A stretch of DNA of 64,000 nucleotides from the human T2T-CHM13v2.0 reference genome, Homo sapiens, in assembly GCF_009914755.1 (NCBI RefSeq), contig NC_060931.1; one strand, 5' to 3'. The translations under genes were made by a program, and so were the position numbers. Shown one piece after another: positions 17,393 through 35,559 of the stretch; position 1 is the first letter of the stretch, and every line of letters begins with the position of its first letter. The notes under the pieces are model-generated. The model saw nothing but the letters and a program-made list of their open reading frames with translations. It ran no database searches and was not told the DNA's origin.

Positions 17393-17412
17393 AGAATTTT
17401 TGGTGGTGTGGT
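17360..17412 (+). terminator. Polyadenylation signal: AATAAA x2 plus downstream GU-rich element
   Basis: AATAAA at 17360-17365 and 17366-17371; 'tttttggtggtgtggt' at about 17397-17412. Confidence 0.7.
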
Positions 17413-17448
17413 ACATATTTGGTGCATTCAGTTTCTGTCTTTGTCCAG

Positions 17449-17590
17449 TGATCTGGTGACAGCTGATGGTTCCACTGAAGTAACTATCTCGGAAAATCTC
17501 CCTGCTGTTGGATTCCATATCTGTCAACAGCAGGACTCTCATGTAGAAGGCATGGTTAACATCTCCAAAGCCTCTTCTGGCCAAATGTAG
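17449..17590 (+). CDS. Putative terminal coding exon (CDLVTADGSTEVTISENLPAVGFHICQQQDSHVEGMVNISKASSGQM*)
   Basis: Acceptor 'gtttctgtctttgtccag|T'; open in phase 2 to TAG at 17588-17590; AATAAA at 17643-17648. Confidence 0.45.
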
Positions 17591-18177
17591 GAATATCTCC
17601 AGCTAATTCTCCATACACTCAGTGGAATGAAATTGATAACTAAATAAATAGCTGGACTACTCAAGTAAAACTTGACCTGCAATATCCAATTGCCCAATCT
17701 CCCCTTTGCAAATTGAAAACAACCAACCATTCCTCGCACATGAGCAACCCTTCATACTGGGTATATGAAGCAACAACACTTCATACTGGGTATATGTTGT
17801 CTGAGTGGGTTCCAATCCCTGATCCTTGGTTTACTATATGACTCTGAACAACTCTAAGCCTCAGTGTCCTCACTGGTAAAATAGATATAAATAATATTAC
17901 TCAGCTCCATAGCATTGTTGTAAGGATATAAATTAAACTATACTGTTGTTGTGTTTGACAGGTAGGGGATATTCAGTGAATGTTCATTCCTTCCCCTCCT
18001 ACTATATGCAAGACACTGAAGGAAGAAAAGAAACATAAAAAAAAGTCTCTGCTCTGAAGATCCTGAAGACAATTAGAGTGACATTTATAAGCAGGGATTG
18101 AAAATTCAAATGCGTACAAGGGCCAATAAATTCACAAAGCAAGCTCAGCTGGGGACATAATAGGGCGTAGTAGGAAC

Positions 18178-18345
18178 TGGCCTGGCACAGTGGCCTCTAA
18201 TCCCAGTACTTTGGGAGGCTGAGGCAGATGGATCACTTGAGTCCAGGAGTATGTGACCAGCCTAGGCAATATAGTGAGATCCCTTCTCTGAAAATAAAAA
18301 AAAAAAACAACAATAATTTTTTAAATAAAATAAAATAAATTTTTA
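18178..18345 (+). mobile_element. Alu left-arm monomer
   Basis: Alu left arm with an A-rich tail. Confidence 0.8.
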
Positions 18346-18427
18346 AAAGGAAGTAGTGGGAACTGTGGAGCACTGAAGAGCCTAGGTCCCGTCTAAAGGG
18401 AATAAGTAGTCAACGCTCAGCTCTAAT

Positions 18428-18910
18428 GATTCAAGAAATATGTATTGAGTTCCTACTATGTGCCAAGAACTGTTCTAAACTCTGAGAATATAGTGGTGAA
18501 TCACACAAAACCCTGCTTTCCTTTCATAGGTCTTATGTTCTAGTAGGGGAAGACAGACAATAGACTGGAAAATGTCAGCTAATAATAGATGCCCTAAAGA
18601 GAATTAAAACAGGGTGATTGACAGAGAAATGGAGAGAGGAGTCAGGTAAGGCCTCCATGAAAAGGTGGCATTTAGAGTGAGACCTGAACAAACGTTTAAA
18701 AGCCACGTGTGAAAAAAGCAGAAGGCATGCCAGACCAGGAACGGCAAGGTGGCAGAGTGGGGAGCCACGTGGGCTAAGCTAGGACCCAGCTCTGGGCTTT
18801 GTAGGCCAGGATAGTTTGTACATTTTAAGTGTGAGAAAAAGCCACTGGAGGATCTTAAGCAGAAGAGTGATATAAACTATTTCACATTTCTAAAAGATTA
18901 CTTTTGGTTT
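18428..18910 (-). mobile_element. L2 3'-end fragment
   Basis: 'tattgagttcctactatgtgccaagaactgttcta...ttctagtaggggaagacagacaa'. Confidence 0.8.
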
Positions 18911-18951
18911 CGGCATCTAGCAGTATAAACTAGATACTCTAAAAAGCCTTT

Positions 18952-18952
<1 letters not shown>

Positions 18953-18984
<32 letters not shown>

Positions 18985-19199
18985 CGGAGTCTGGCTCTGT
19001 CACCCAGGTTGGAGTGCAGTGGGGCGATCTTGGCTAACTGCAACCTCCGCACCACCATGCCCAGCTAATTTTTGTATTTTTAGTAGAGACGGGGTTTCAC
19101 CATGTTGGCCAGGCTAGTCTTGAACTCCTGACCTCATTATCCACCCACCTTGGCCTCCCATAGTGCTGGGATTACAGGCGTGAGCCATTGAGCCCAGCC
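18953..19199 (-). mobile_element. Alu with an internal deletion in the right arm
   Basis: Junction 'caacctccgc|accaccatgcc'; 'tctaaaaagcctttctt' TSD. Confidence 0.9.
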
Positions 19200-19825
19200 T
19201 CTAAAAAGCCTTTCTTATGCCATACTATTAAATCTTAGATAAATTACAATAAGTTTATTTTTAACACACAGCTTAGATTATAAGAAAATAAGGGAAATTC
19301 CAAAAACATTTCAAAAAAGAAGTGGAGTGAGCTGAAAACTAAGTGTGAAATGTAAGCAAAGGCAAAAACTGGGCTTGCCTGAAGGTAAATCTGTATAACA
19401 AAGTAGGGAATGGAAGATTAAGCGTTGGGCCACTGGAAGCAGGTGAGTTAAATTTGACATTCACATCCAAAAGCAGGATGCTTGAAGATGGCTACATCCT
19501 AGGCAAGAGTGGTCTAGGAAAAATCCTCATGCTAGCGAAAGAAATCTATCAAGAACACCATCTCCACACTGGCTCTAGATGGAAAAAAAAAATAATAATG
19601 ACCCCTTGAAATTTATCATATGCCTGCCCCCGTCAAGTATGGAATTCAGTCTTACACTCTCCATATGATCAAAGAAACCCCAACCAAGAAATTAAAGAGC
19701 TTTTTAGGGCCCCTTGTACCAGGCAGATACAAGCATTTGTTGTCTAGAGGAAAGCATCTCTCGCATAGCTCTCACCAATTAAGCTCAACAAAGTATGCAA
19801 TTGCAATTTTAAAATTACTAAATAT

Positions 19826-20128
<303 letters not shown>

Positions 20129-20755
20129 TTACTAAATATACAAATAAACTGTAAGCGATAATCAGCAGATATAACTAACAGCCGACTTATCACCCTACAG
20201 ATTTTAGATAGTGGAATTACCAGATACACAATATAAAATAATCATGTTTTACATGTTAAGGAAATAAAGACAGCGTCTAAAACAATGAATACAATAAAGA
20301 GTACATTACATATAATCAGATAGATTAGAAGGAAATTTTTTAAGTCTTAGAAATTAAAACTATAATCACTGAAATTTAAAGTACAATGTGTAAATTACAA
20401 ACAGGTATAACTGAAGAGAGGAGCTGTGAACTAGTAGACAGATCTAAAGAAATTACACAGAATACAATACAAAAAGCCAAGGGGTTGGTAAATGACAAAG
20501 AGGTTAAACAACAGAGAAGACACAGACATCTAACCAGATTTCCAACAGGAGAAATAGAGAGAATAAGGGAAAGGCAATATTTGAATAGAAAATGTCTGAA
20601 AATTTTTCAAAAATGATAAAGATATGAATCCACACATATAGGAAGCACAATAGATATCAAGCAAGATAAATATAAAGGAAGACATGACAGTAAAAATACA
20701 GGGAAAAACAGAGGAACTACCATAACAAGAACCAAAGAGAAATGGCATACCTCAG

Positions 20756-20972
20756 GGTGCGTGCCTGTGGTCCTGGCTACTTGGAGGCTGAGGCAGGAGG
20801 ATGGCTTGAGCTCAGGAGCTCTGGGCTGCAGTGCACTGTGCCCATCAGGTGTCCGTGCTAAATTCAGCATCAAGAGGGTGACCTCCCTGGAGCGGGGAAC
20901 CGCCAGGTTGCCTAAGGAGGGGTGAACCGACCCAGGTCGGAAACGGAGCAGGTCAAAACTCCCGTGCTGATC
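20756..20972 (+). pseudogene. 7SL (SRP) RNA pseudogene, 3'-truncated
   Basis: Alu-domain 5' part followed by the 7SL-specific S domain 'ggttgcctaaggaggggtgaacc.acccaggtcggaaacggagcaggtcaaaactcccgtgctgatc'; the 3' ~65 nt are missing. Confidence 0.95.
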
Positions 20973-21077
20973 CTTTGCACCACCTGCAAAGGAATAATTT
21001 CTGGGCCAACAATAAATACCAGACACATTAGCATGATATATTTAAACTGCTGAGATAAAATAACTGTCAAAATAGAC

Positions 21078-21340
21078 AGAGCGCACTGGCTCATCTCTCT
21101 ACTCCCAGAACTTTGGGAGGCCAAGACAGGCAGATCACTTGAGGTCAGGAGTTCAAGGCCAGCCTGGCCAACATGGTGAAACCCCATCTCTACTAAAAAT
21201 ACAAAAATTAGCTTGGCGTGGTGACGTGTGCCTGTAATCTCAGCTACTCCGGAGGCTGAGGCACAGGAATTGCTTGAACCCCGGAGGCGGTTCTAGCCTG
21301 GGTGAGAATGAGACTCTGTCCAAAAAAAAAAAAAAAAAAG
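21078..21340 (+). mobile_element. Alu (right arm partly deleted)
   Basis: Alu motifs with an A-tail. Confidence 0.9.
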
Positions 21341-22023
21341 AGAGGAAAAGAAAAACAACTTGGCATTATCTTCTACAACTGAACATTTGCATGCACTAAA
21401 TTCATCAGTTTTATTCCTAGGTATATATGCTGGAGAAATTCTTGCACATAAGCACCAAAAACCATGTACAAAAATGGAAAACCTTCGTCTAACAGATTGC
21501 TAAAAATACAAGGAAAATGTCCATCAACAAGGATAAATAAACTATTTACAATTTGCAGTATTTTTAATTGACTAATTTAATACCTCTGTAAGCATGGAAA
21601 TGAATAAACCTCAGTTACAAACTTCAATATAAATGATTACATTAGATCAGAAATACAATGTTGAATGCGGAAAAAAACAAATTGCAGAAAATATACTATG
21701 GCTCCACATATAAATCTCAAAAAAAAAGAGAAACTAAACTGTATATTGTTTAGCAATAAATACATCTATGCTACAATTATAAAGATGTAAGTATAGGAAT
21801 AACAAAAAAAAAAATCCAGAATTGTGTTTACTTCTGAAGAGTAGGGAGGGGTTACAATCAGGGAAATGCATACAGGCTATGTCAATAGTTCAGAATTTGA
21901 GTGGACAGTTCATAGGCTCATTTGTTTTACACTTCTTAAATTGTATATATGTTACATTTTTGTATCAAATATAATCTAATGAAATAAGATCAAATAAACA
22001 GAATATCTTAAAAAGATAACTAG

Positions 22024-22345
22024 GGTCAGGTGCAGTGGCTCACACCTGTAACCCAGCACTTCGGGAGGCCAAGGCAAAAGGATCGCTTGAAGCCAGGAGT
22101 TCTAGACCAGCCTGGGCAACGTATCAAGACCCCCATCTTGAAAAAAATAAAAAATAAAAATCAGCCTGGCATGATAACGCATGCCTGTAGTCCCAGCTAC
22201 TGGGGAGGCTGAGGTGGGAGGCTGAGGTGGGAGGATTGCTTCAGTCCAGGAGTTTGAAGCTGCAGTGAGCTATGATTGTGCCACTGTACTCCAGCTGAGA
22301 ATGGACTGAGCAAGACTCTATCCCTAAGAAAATAAAAAATAAAAC
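22024..22345 (+). mobile_element. Alu (AluJ-like)
   Basis: Alu dimer with a duplicated 'ggaggctgaggtg'. Confidence 0.9.
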
Positions 22346-22350
22346 ATAGC

Positions 22351-23045
<695 letters not shown>

Positions 23046-23049
23046 ATAG

Positions 23050-24880
<1,831 letters not shown>

Positions 24881-24960
24881 AGTCAATTGTTGCAAGTCAA
24901 ACCTGAGAAACCAAGGCTGCTAGCTTTCCTAGTTTCTCAGCAGAATTTTTTTAGAATATA

Positions 24961-25240
24961 GGCCAGACGCAGTGGCTCATGCCTATAATCCCAGCACTTT
25001 GGGAGAATGAGGTGGGAGGATTGGTGGAGGCCAGGAATTTGAGACCAGTCTGGACAATATAGTGAGACCCTGTCTCTACAAAAAAATTTTAAATTAGCCA
25101 GGCATGGTGGTGAGCATCTGTAGTCCCAACAGGAGGATTTTTTGAGCCCATGAGGTCAAGGCTGCAGTGAGCTATGATCTCACCACTGCACTCCAGGCTG
25201 GGTGACAAAGTGAGACTCCTCTTCTAAAAAAAAATAAATA
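24961..25240 (+). mobile_element. Alu (AluJ-like)
   Basis: Alu dimer. Confidence 0.9.
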
Positions 25241-25930
25241 GAATACAAATTGTCAGGTAAGTTGATGCATTGTCAAACACAGTGCAGGCCAACATTGTGA
25301 GAGTCAGAAAAACCTCTAGGGATCAGGTTTAGCCAGTGGGCCAGGAGTTTCTGACTTCTATGAAGAGGGCATACTCTCAAGAAAGAAGCTAAACATCATG
25401 GCAGAACATGCGAAGGGACAGGTGAGTGAGACAGATGCCAAGGGCTGCAGGAACCCTTGGGAAGCCTGCAGTGGGGGAAAAGGATGAGTAGGATCAACTC
25501 TAAATGACCACGGAGAGGAAGACAAGCCTCAGGTGGACTGTGTCTGAAGGTCTAGACTGGGGGAATGGGAAGCAGAAATTGTCAGCAAACTCTTTTGGCC
25601 ACATAACCTATCCTCTAGTACAGCATTTATCCACCAGTAAAACATGTTTTAATTTCCATATATCTGACTTCTGTGTGGCCCTCTCATTGATGTTATTTAG
25701 GTAGGGAGGCCAGATTGTTAATGGTTTTTAATTCCAGCTACTTTGAAGGTTGGACTTTATTCTGCAGGCAATGGGAAACCATTGAAAGTTTCTGAAAAAC
25801 GGAAAAGAATAATCCAAGTGTGATTTTAAGAGGATTATTTCTTTATTAGTGAGCAGGATGGAGTCACGCAAGGCTAGATTACAGCCCACTTAGGAGATTC
25901 TTCCAGTTATGGAAATATAGACTGAGGGAT

Positions 25931-26304
<374 letters not shown>

Positions 26305-26489
26305 TCAGGGAATGAAAAGGAGGACAAAGATGATGCTTGGGTTTCCAGTCTACATTATTAGAAGATGGGGGGTGGGTGGAGGGCAACCACTTACTGGAGT
26401 GAGGGAAAGCAGGGGTTTGGATGGAGCCGCGTGATGAAAGCACTAATAGTCAATATTCTGATAGCACCGTGGAGTGTACAGGTGCCTTC

Positions 26490-26590
26490 GTGTCCATTAT
26501 CTCATTTGCCCTCATAACTACCCTGTGAGGTATTATTATGCCCACTTTACAAATGAGGAATCCGAGGCTCAAAGAGGCTGAGTGATGCCC
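26490..26590 (-). mobile_element. MIR fragment
   Basis: 'cccactttacaaatgaggaatccgaggctcaaagaggctgagtga'. Confidence 0.75.
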
Positions 26591-27610
26591 TTCATTAGGT
26601 CTTGACCCCAGCTGTTCTCACTCCTTGTTTTGACAATGGCTTTTCGGATACACTTTGGCTCTTGCTGTTCAGTGTGAAAAGATGTCAGCTTATGTTTGCC
26701 TTTCACAAGTCATGTCCCGAAAACTTCAGTTTCTTGGGGGAATTAGCTGGATTCCATTTCTTTGATGCTGGTTCCTTGTGATCCTTCTAGAAGACTAATA
26801 ACTTATATAAGTCAGCTGGAGGAAAAAAAAAAAGAAAAATCCATTTCTAAATCAGTTTTCCCTTTTGAGAGAATTTGGCATCCAGGTGTAAGTGTATAGC
26901 TTCCTCTGAAATGAAACATTAATTCTCTCACCTAGTCAGGAAACAAGTTAGAACATTAAAATTCATCAGATGAGAGCCAAACCCTCGTGAACCAAGGTAA
27001 GTAAATGCGTTTACCTCACCCCGTACTACCGGCTACTCCTCTCTCAAAGAAAAAGTTGGGACTCCTCTTCTGACAGGTGAGATCTGTTTCGTTATCCCAC
27101 CACAAGTCAATAAGTTCAGGGCCTCAGATGTCAAACCAAACTGTGTGTCAATCCTAACTTCCCACATTATTTAAGCACTGGATTTTTCTCTGGCATTAAC
27201 TGAATGGAACTTCACCTGAGGACAAAATTGGCTGTTACATTTGTAATTATGGAGTAAAGGTTGATTCTTAGCCAAACCAGGCTGGAAAACTGAAAGAATT
27301 CAAAAAGTAAGTGTGTAGATGTGACGCTATCTTGCTGATGCAAAGTTTCTCAAGTCAAAACATTTACTTGAAACTTTGGCTTCCTCCAAAGCAATAATTT
27401 TTTACATTTTAGGAGCAGCTTTCCTTGTAAAAGCCTTTACACTTGTCAGGCCTTCTGCCTTAACAAAGATTGTGAATTCTCTTCTAGGTGATTAAAATCA
27501 ATTCTGAATTAAATACAGTTGCCCTGATCATGTCAAAAACGATGCAGCTGCTTTCCTACAGGTTAACTTATCTTGCAGATTTAAAAATCAGTTGTTTTTA
27601 AAACTTGGTT

Positions 27611-27630
27611 TGTACTGCCATCTAGTGATA
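27611..27630 (-). promoter_or_regulatory. Candidate CTCF motif
   Basis: 'tactgccatctagtga' reads TCACTAGATGGCAGTA on the minus strand, close to the CCACTAGATGGC core. Confidence 0.5.
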
Positions 27631-27668
27631 CATTTCATTGACAGTTTCAACATGCTAAATTTATATAG

Positions 27669-28024
<356 letters not shown>

Positions 28025-28154
28025 CGAGTGCCACATCTTAAATAGAGCATTTACATTTGCAAATATAGAGAGAAGACTACCTCCTATACACAACAAAGTT
28101 CCCTCATATACCTTACAGACTAAGAAAAAATTTTTTATCATAAATATTAAAGAG

Positions 28155-28455
28155 AGCCCAAGCATGGTGGCTCACGCTTGTAATCCCAGCACTTTGGGAG
28201 GCCAAGGTGGGAGGATTGCTTGAGCCAGGAGTTCAAGACCAGCTGGGCAATATAGTGAGACCTCATCTCTACAAAATAAAAATTAAAAAATTAACCAGGC
28301 ATAGTGCGCACCTGTGGTCCCAGATAAACAGGAGGCTGAGGCAGGAGGATAGCTTGAGCCAAGAGATCGAGGCTGCAGTGAGCCGTGTTTTACCCCACTG
28401 CACTCTAGCTTGGATGACAGAGTGAGAACCTGTCTCAAAAATAAACAAACAACAA
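28155..28455 (+). mobile_element. Alu (AluJ-like)
   Basis: Alu dimer. Confidence 0.9.
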
Positions 28456-28510
<55 letters not shown>

Positions 28511-28521
28511 CATATATATAT
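28456..28521. repeat. Compound (TA)n(CA)n(TA)n microsatellite
   Basis: Read directly. Confidence 0.95.
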
Positions 28522-28689
28522 GAAAGAGATGTCCCACTAGTATCCTATTAAACCACAGAGACTAGTGGGCTTCTTACATTAGCTTTTTTATTTACATCTT
28601 TGATTTTTACCATAATTAAAGCAGTTCATTTCTCCTAGATAAACAAATACAATCCTGGATGTTGAATTTAATGGCCAATCTGTTTGGAA

Positions 28690-28915
28690 AGGCAGAATTG
28701 CATAAAGGTTAAATGCATGGGAACTAGCATGATGCTCTCTGGGTCCAAATCCTAGCTCAGCACCTGCAATCTGTGTGCCCTTAGGTCAGTTATGTAACAT
28801 CTCCATGCCTCAGTTTTCTAATCTGCAAAATATGGATAATAATCAAACCTACTCATAGAGTAATTTAAGAGACACTATACTTAGCACAGAGGCTAGCACA
28901 AAGTAAATGTTCAAT
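28690..28915 (+). mobile_element. MIR
   Basis: 'gggtccaaatcctagctc...tgcctcagttttctaatctgcaaaatatggataataat'. Confidence 0.8.
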
Positions 28916-29049
28916 AAAACACAACCAGAGCACAGTGAGCCTAATTTGCATAGCCCCGTGGGATGCTGAGATAGCAGGGAAGCTCCGGGTCTCATTCCAC
29001 CGGAAAATAGATCCTTAGACACAGTAAAGACCAAGATCAGGACTCTGGA

Positions 29050-29690
29050 TGCTAGAATCACCATATGATCCAGCAGTTGCATTTCTGGGTATAAAGGAAT
29101 TGAACTCAAACAGATAAATATATGCCAATGTTCATAACAGTATTATGATAGCCAAAAGGTAGAAACAACCCAAATGTCTACTGATGGAGGAATGGATAAA
29201 CAGAATGAGAAATATACATACCAGGGAATATCATTCAGTCTTCTTGTTTTCCTTAGGCCATCCTAATGAACAAAATTCAGTCTTAAAAAGAATGAAATTC
29301 TAATACATGCCACAAGTGGATGAACCTTGGAAACATTATACTAAGTGAATAAATTAGACACAAAAGGACACATATTGTATGATTCCACTTATATGAAGTA
29401 CCTAGAATAGTCAATTCATAGAGACAAAAAGTAGAATAGAAGTGACCAGAGGCTACAGGAACGGAGGAAAGGGGAGTTCACGTTTAACAGACACAGGCTT
29501 TCACTTTGGAATAATGAAAAACTCTAGCTATGAATATAGCAGTGATAACAATGTGTTGAGGGTCATGATGTATTGTACAAAAAAGAAAAAAACCTCCACA
29601 ACAACAATGTGAATGTAAATTGTACACTTGAAAATAATTAAAATGGTAAATTTCATGTTATGTGTATTTTATCACAATTTTCTTTTAAAA
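29050..29690 (+). mobile_element. L1MB-like 3' end
   Basis: 'agaaacaacccaaatgtc...gaaacattatactaagtgaa...tgtatgattccacttatatga...aaatggtaaatttcatgttatgtgtattttatcacaat'. Confidence 0.85.
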
Positions 29691-30459
29691 GTACAGGCAG
29701 GCCAGAGCCCTGGCCACATGCTCCTCTTTCCCACTTCCTTTACCCTCATTACATCCATATGCTTGCTGGGCAGCCCAGGACCACATCCAGAGGACAAGGA
29801 TAGTGGCCAGGATGCACCAGGAACTCAAAGGAGACCTTCCGAGCTCCCCCATCTTCCCTCCCCCACCCCACCACACACACATACCAACACACATAGGCAG
29901 GCACCTTTAGAGGAAGGAAGAAGATGCAACACTCTGGGATCCTAGAAAGCTGGGAGGACTGGTGCAACAATTGCCCTTTGACTCCAACCTGAGCTCTAAT
30001 TTTCCCCTATAGCTGCCTTGGTCTGGTAATCAAGGTTACACTTTTAAAAGAAGGAAAATGTCAAAAAAGTGGACATGATCCTAATTACATTTGTGTGCAG
30101 AGCAAGAAATGAATGTGAACAACTTCGATGCCTACTGATTAATGCTGAAAAACAACTCAAATGAACCAATGAACCAAAAGATAAGCCAAATCCAGAAACA
30201 GCTGTGGCTCAACCCCCAGCAATGGACTGGAAATCCATGAGACAGCTCCGCAGATAGAGAATGAAAAGTCTGTTCTTACATACGTTATACTCAGAGTAAG
30301 TAATCTTATGTGTAAAAGCAGCCAGGGAAAAACAAAATCAAAATGTCCCTTCCCCAAAACCCTTCTAGGAAACAGTCATCTTGTGAAAAAACAAAGTTTT
30401 GGCCCAGTGTTTTGAAAATATCTTACAGTGAGGCATACATTTTTTAAAAATGTATAACC

Positions 30460-31335
<876 letters not shown>

Positions 31336-31868
31336 GCCACATTGTGCTTTATCTCAGTTAATCCTCACCCCCAAAAGAAACTGTATGCTATTACTATTTT
31401 ACAGTAAAGGAAATGAAAGCTCAGAGAAGTGAAATAACTTTCCAAAGTCACACACTTAGTAAATGGCAGAGTAGAGATTCTGACTCCAGTGTCGAAGTCC
31501 TTGATCCCCAACCTGCTCTTCCTGCCATAGGTCACATTGCCTTATCTACAATTACAGAAGCTGGAAGTTCAAGTTCCAGGTCTCCTTATAAATATGTACA
31601 AGTTCTTAGAAGAAAAATAAATATAGAGGCATTGGATTCTCTGCTCCTTCTATACTCAGGGCTGCAGCTTCAGAGTAGACTTTATAGAAATATTCTATTA
31701 GGCCCAACAGTACCAAGTACATTCACAGCCCAGGGGAGACATCAGTGGGCTTCATATGCCGCCAAAGAATAAGCCCAAAAGTACCTGCAAAATGGCCAGT
31801 GCACTTGGCACTGTTAGTTGCCACCATTTGGACCTTATCCAATTGACCCTAAAATTGGCCCAAGTACT

Positions 31869-32420
31869 TGTGGTAGCCAACTTCCACAAGGTGGCCCCAG
31901 CGATCTTTACCTCTGGGTATTCACACCCTTGTGTAATCTCCTCCCACACTCTGTCAAAGTCGGTCTGTGTGACCAACAGCATAAGGCAGAAAATGGTGTA
32001 TTACTTCCAATATTTGGTTTTAAGATACCATGACTTCCATCATGGGCTCTCTCATCACTCACAAGGGAAGCCAGTCGCCATGTTGTGAGGACAGGCAGGC
32101 AGCCCATGGAAAGGCCTGGAAAGCAAGGAACTGACACCCTAGCCAACAGCCAGCAAAGAACTGAGGCCTGCCAACAACCATTTGAGTGAGTTTATACACA
32201 GATTTTCCAGCCCCGGTCAATCCTTGAGATGACCACAACCCCAGTGAACAGCCTGGCTGCAACTTCATGAAAGACTGCCTCAGAGCTACCCAGCTAAGCT
32301 GGTCCCAGATTCCCTGACCCTCAGAATAAATGTTTATTGTTTAATGTTTACATTTAATGTTATCAATAAACCGATACCTTTAGGGGTCATTTGTTACATA
32401 GTAATGGATAACTAACAGAG
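31869..32420 (+). mobile_element. MLT1 LTR
   Basis: 'gccaacagccagcaaagaactgaggcc...cccagctaagctggtcccagattcc...tttgttacatagtaatggataactaaca'. Confidence 0.8.
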
Positions 32421-32644
32421 TATTGAATTTAAAATCATGATTATCTGTTAGTAGAAAGAGTTGGGGCTTTGGAGACAAGCACACTGCCTTTAAATCCTGA
32501 TTCCACCACTCCCTGGGTGAATAGCATGGACTCTCTGAGCCTCAGTTTCCTCATAAGAATGGGGATGATAAATTTATTCTCAAGACTGAGGATCAAAGGA
32601 AAGAAGTTAGAACAGGGAATATTCCTCTTCTTCCTTCTCAACAT

Positions 32645-32973
32645 TTAATTTTTTAATTTTATTTATATTTATATTTTATTTTATTTTATTTTTGAGACGG
32701 AGTCTCACTCTTTCGCCCAGGCTGGAGTCAAGTGGCACAATCTCAGCTAAATGCAACCTCCTCGCCTTGGATTCAAGCGATTCTCCTGCCTCAGCCTCCC
32801 GAGTATCTGGGATTACAGGCACCCGACACCACACCCAGCTAGTTTTTGTATTTTTAGTAGAGACGTGGTTTCACCGTGTTGGCCAGGGTGGTCTCAAACT
32901 CCTGACCTCAGGTGATCCATCGCCTCGGCCTCCTAAAGTGCTATGATTACAGGCGTGAGCCACCACGCCCAGA
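32645..32973 (-). mobile_element. Alu (AluS-like)
   Basis: Reverse Alu; 'ccttctcaacattt' TSD. Confidence 0.95.
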
Positions 32974-33295
32974 CCCTTCTCAACATTTTAAAACCGGAGT
33001 GAGGAATTGCCTCAGAGCAAGCACAACTTGCTCTGGTGATAATAATAATTGTACAACCAACTTCACTTATACTTTTATTCTTTCTATAGACACATTAGAA
33101 AGAGTGTAGCATTAATAGTAACATATCATGTATGTTTAAATCCTGTTATGCAGAAATGATAAACCAAAAAATCTGCTTATAGTATAAGAAAATAGTTACA
33201 TTATTAAACAAACACCGTGAACATATTTTAGCTGCTTCCCATCTACATATAATCGGTCAACAATTCATAGACAACTATTTATTGGGTTCCCATTA

Positions 33296-34035
<740 letters not shown>

Positions 34036-34304
34036 AGGAATATCTTACGCTGTAAGTGAAGTTGCAAGGAAGTAAATGACTAAATAACAGCAAGGTGAAT
34101 TGGCTTCAAATATGCAGATCTTAATCTCAGATTTACTGTTTACTAGCTTTGTGGATTGAGGTATAATCACTTACCTATCTGTGCCTCAATTTCCCCATCT
34201 GTAAAATTGGGCTAATAAGGTATGAGGTATGCCTCACAGAGTTGCTGTAAGGACCAAATGAAGTTTTATATATAGAAGTATGCACACACACACAGAGTGC
34301 CTGA

Positions 34305-34620
<316 letters not shown>

Positions 34621-34910
34621 CATTTCTAATATACATAATACGTGTGGGTATTTGTTTACGTGGGGGTTATAGGCTATTGAGAAGAGAGGGATAAACTGGG
34701 TTGGAGTGTGGAATGTGCTGGGAGATACTGAGAAAGTACTTCTTGAATCAGCCTGAAGACCAAGCTGGCTTTAGATGGTCTGGGAGGAGAGAGGAATCCC
34801 AGAGAGATGGGAGAACCCAGCCTACTCTGATGTAGGGGACATAGCCTTAACATCTTCCTGCCACAAAGGCGCTGCCACCAATAACAATTCCACCTTGTTA
34901 AATAAGAAAT

Positions 34911-35281
<371 letters not shown>

Positions 35282-35304
35282 CTAATGTAGGGCTGAAGAC
35301 TGTG

Positions 35305-35495
35305 TTTATTAGCTCATTTCATCCTCAAAACATGCCATGAGGTAGTAGTCCACTTTCATCCCCATTCTGCAGAGGAAGAAACTGAAGCTCAGAGAGCTTA
35401 AATAACTTGCCCAAGATCATGTAGCTAGTGAGCAGCAAAACGGGGCCTCAAACCTCAGCAGTTTTGCTCCAGACCCAGGGCTCTTAACTGCTGTA
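35305..35495 (-). mobile_element. MIR
   Basis: 'ccccattctgcagaggaagaaactgaagctcagagagcttaaataacttgcccaagatca'. Confidence 0.85.
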
Positions 35496-35559
35496 ATAAA
35501 TTTCCACTGGTTAATCAGTGATACATTTTTCACTCTACTTAACATTTTCCCACCACCTA

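Noticed and set aside
17381-17448. ORF-track start for the 69-aa ORF at 17381
   Set aside because: It begins at TTG, not ATG, and overlaps the poly(A) and polypyrimidine region. Entry by splicing at 17449 is the simpler reading.
20756-20972. Functional 7SL gene
   Set aside because: The extreme 5' end and the 3' ~65 nt needed to close the Alu domain are missing.
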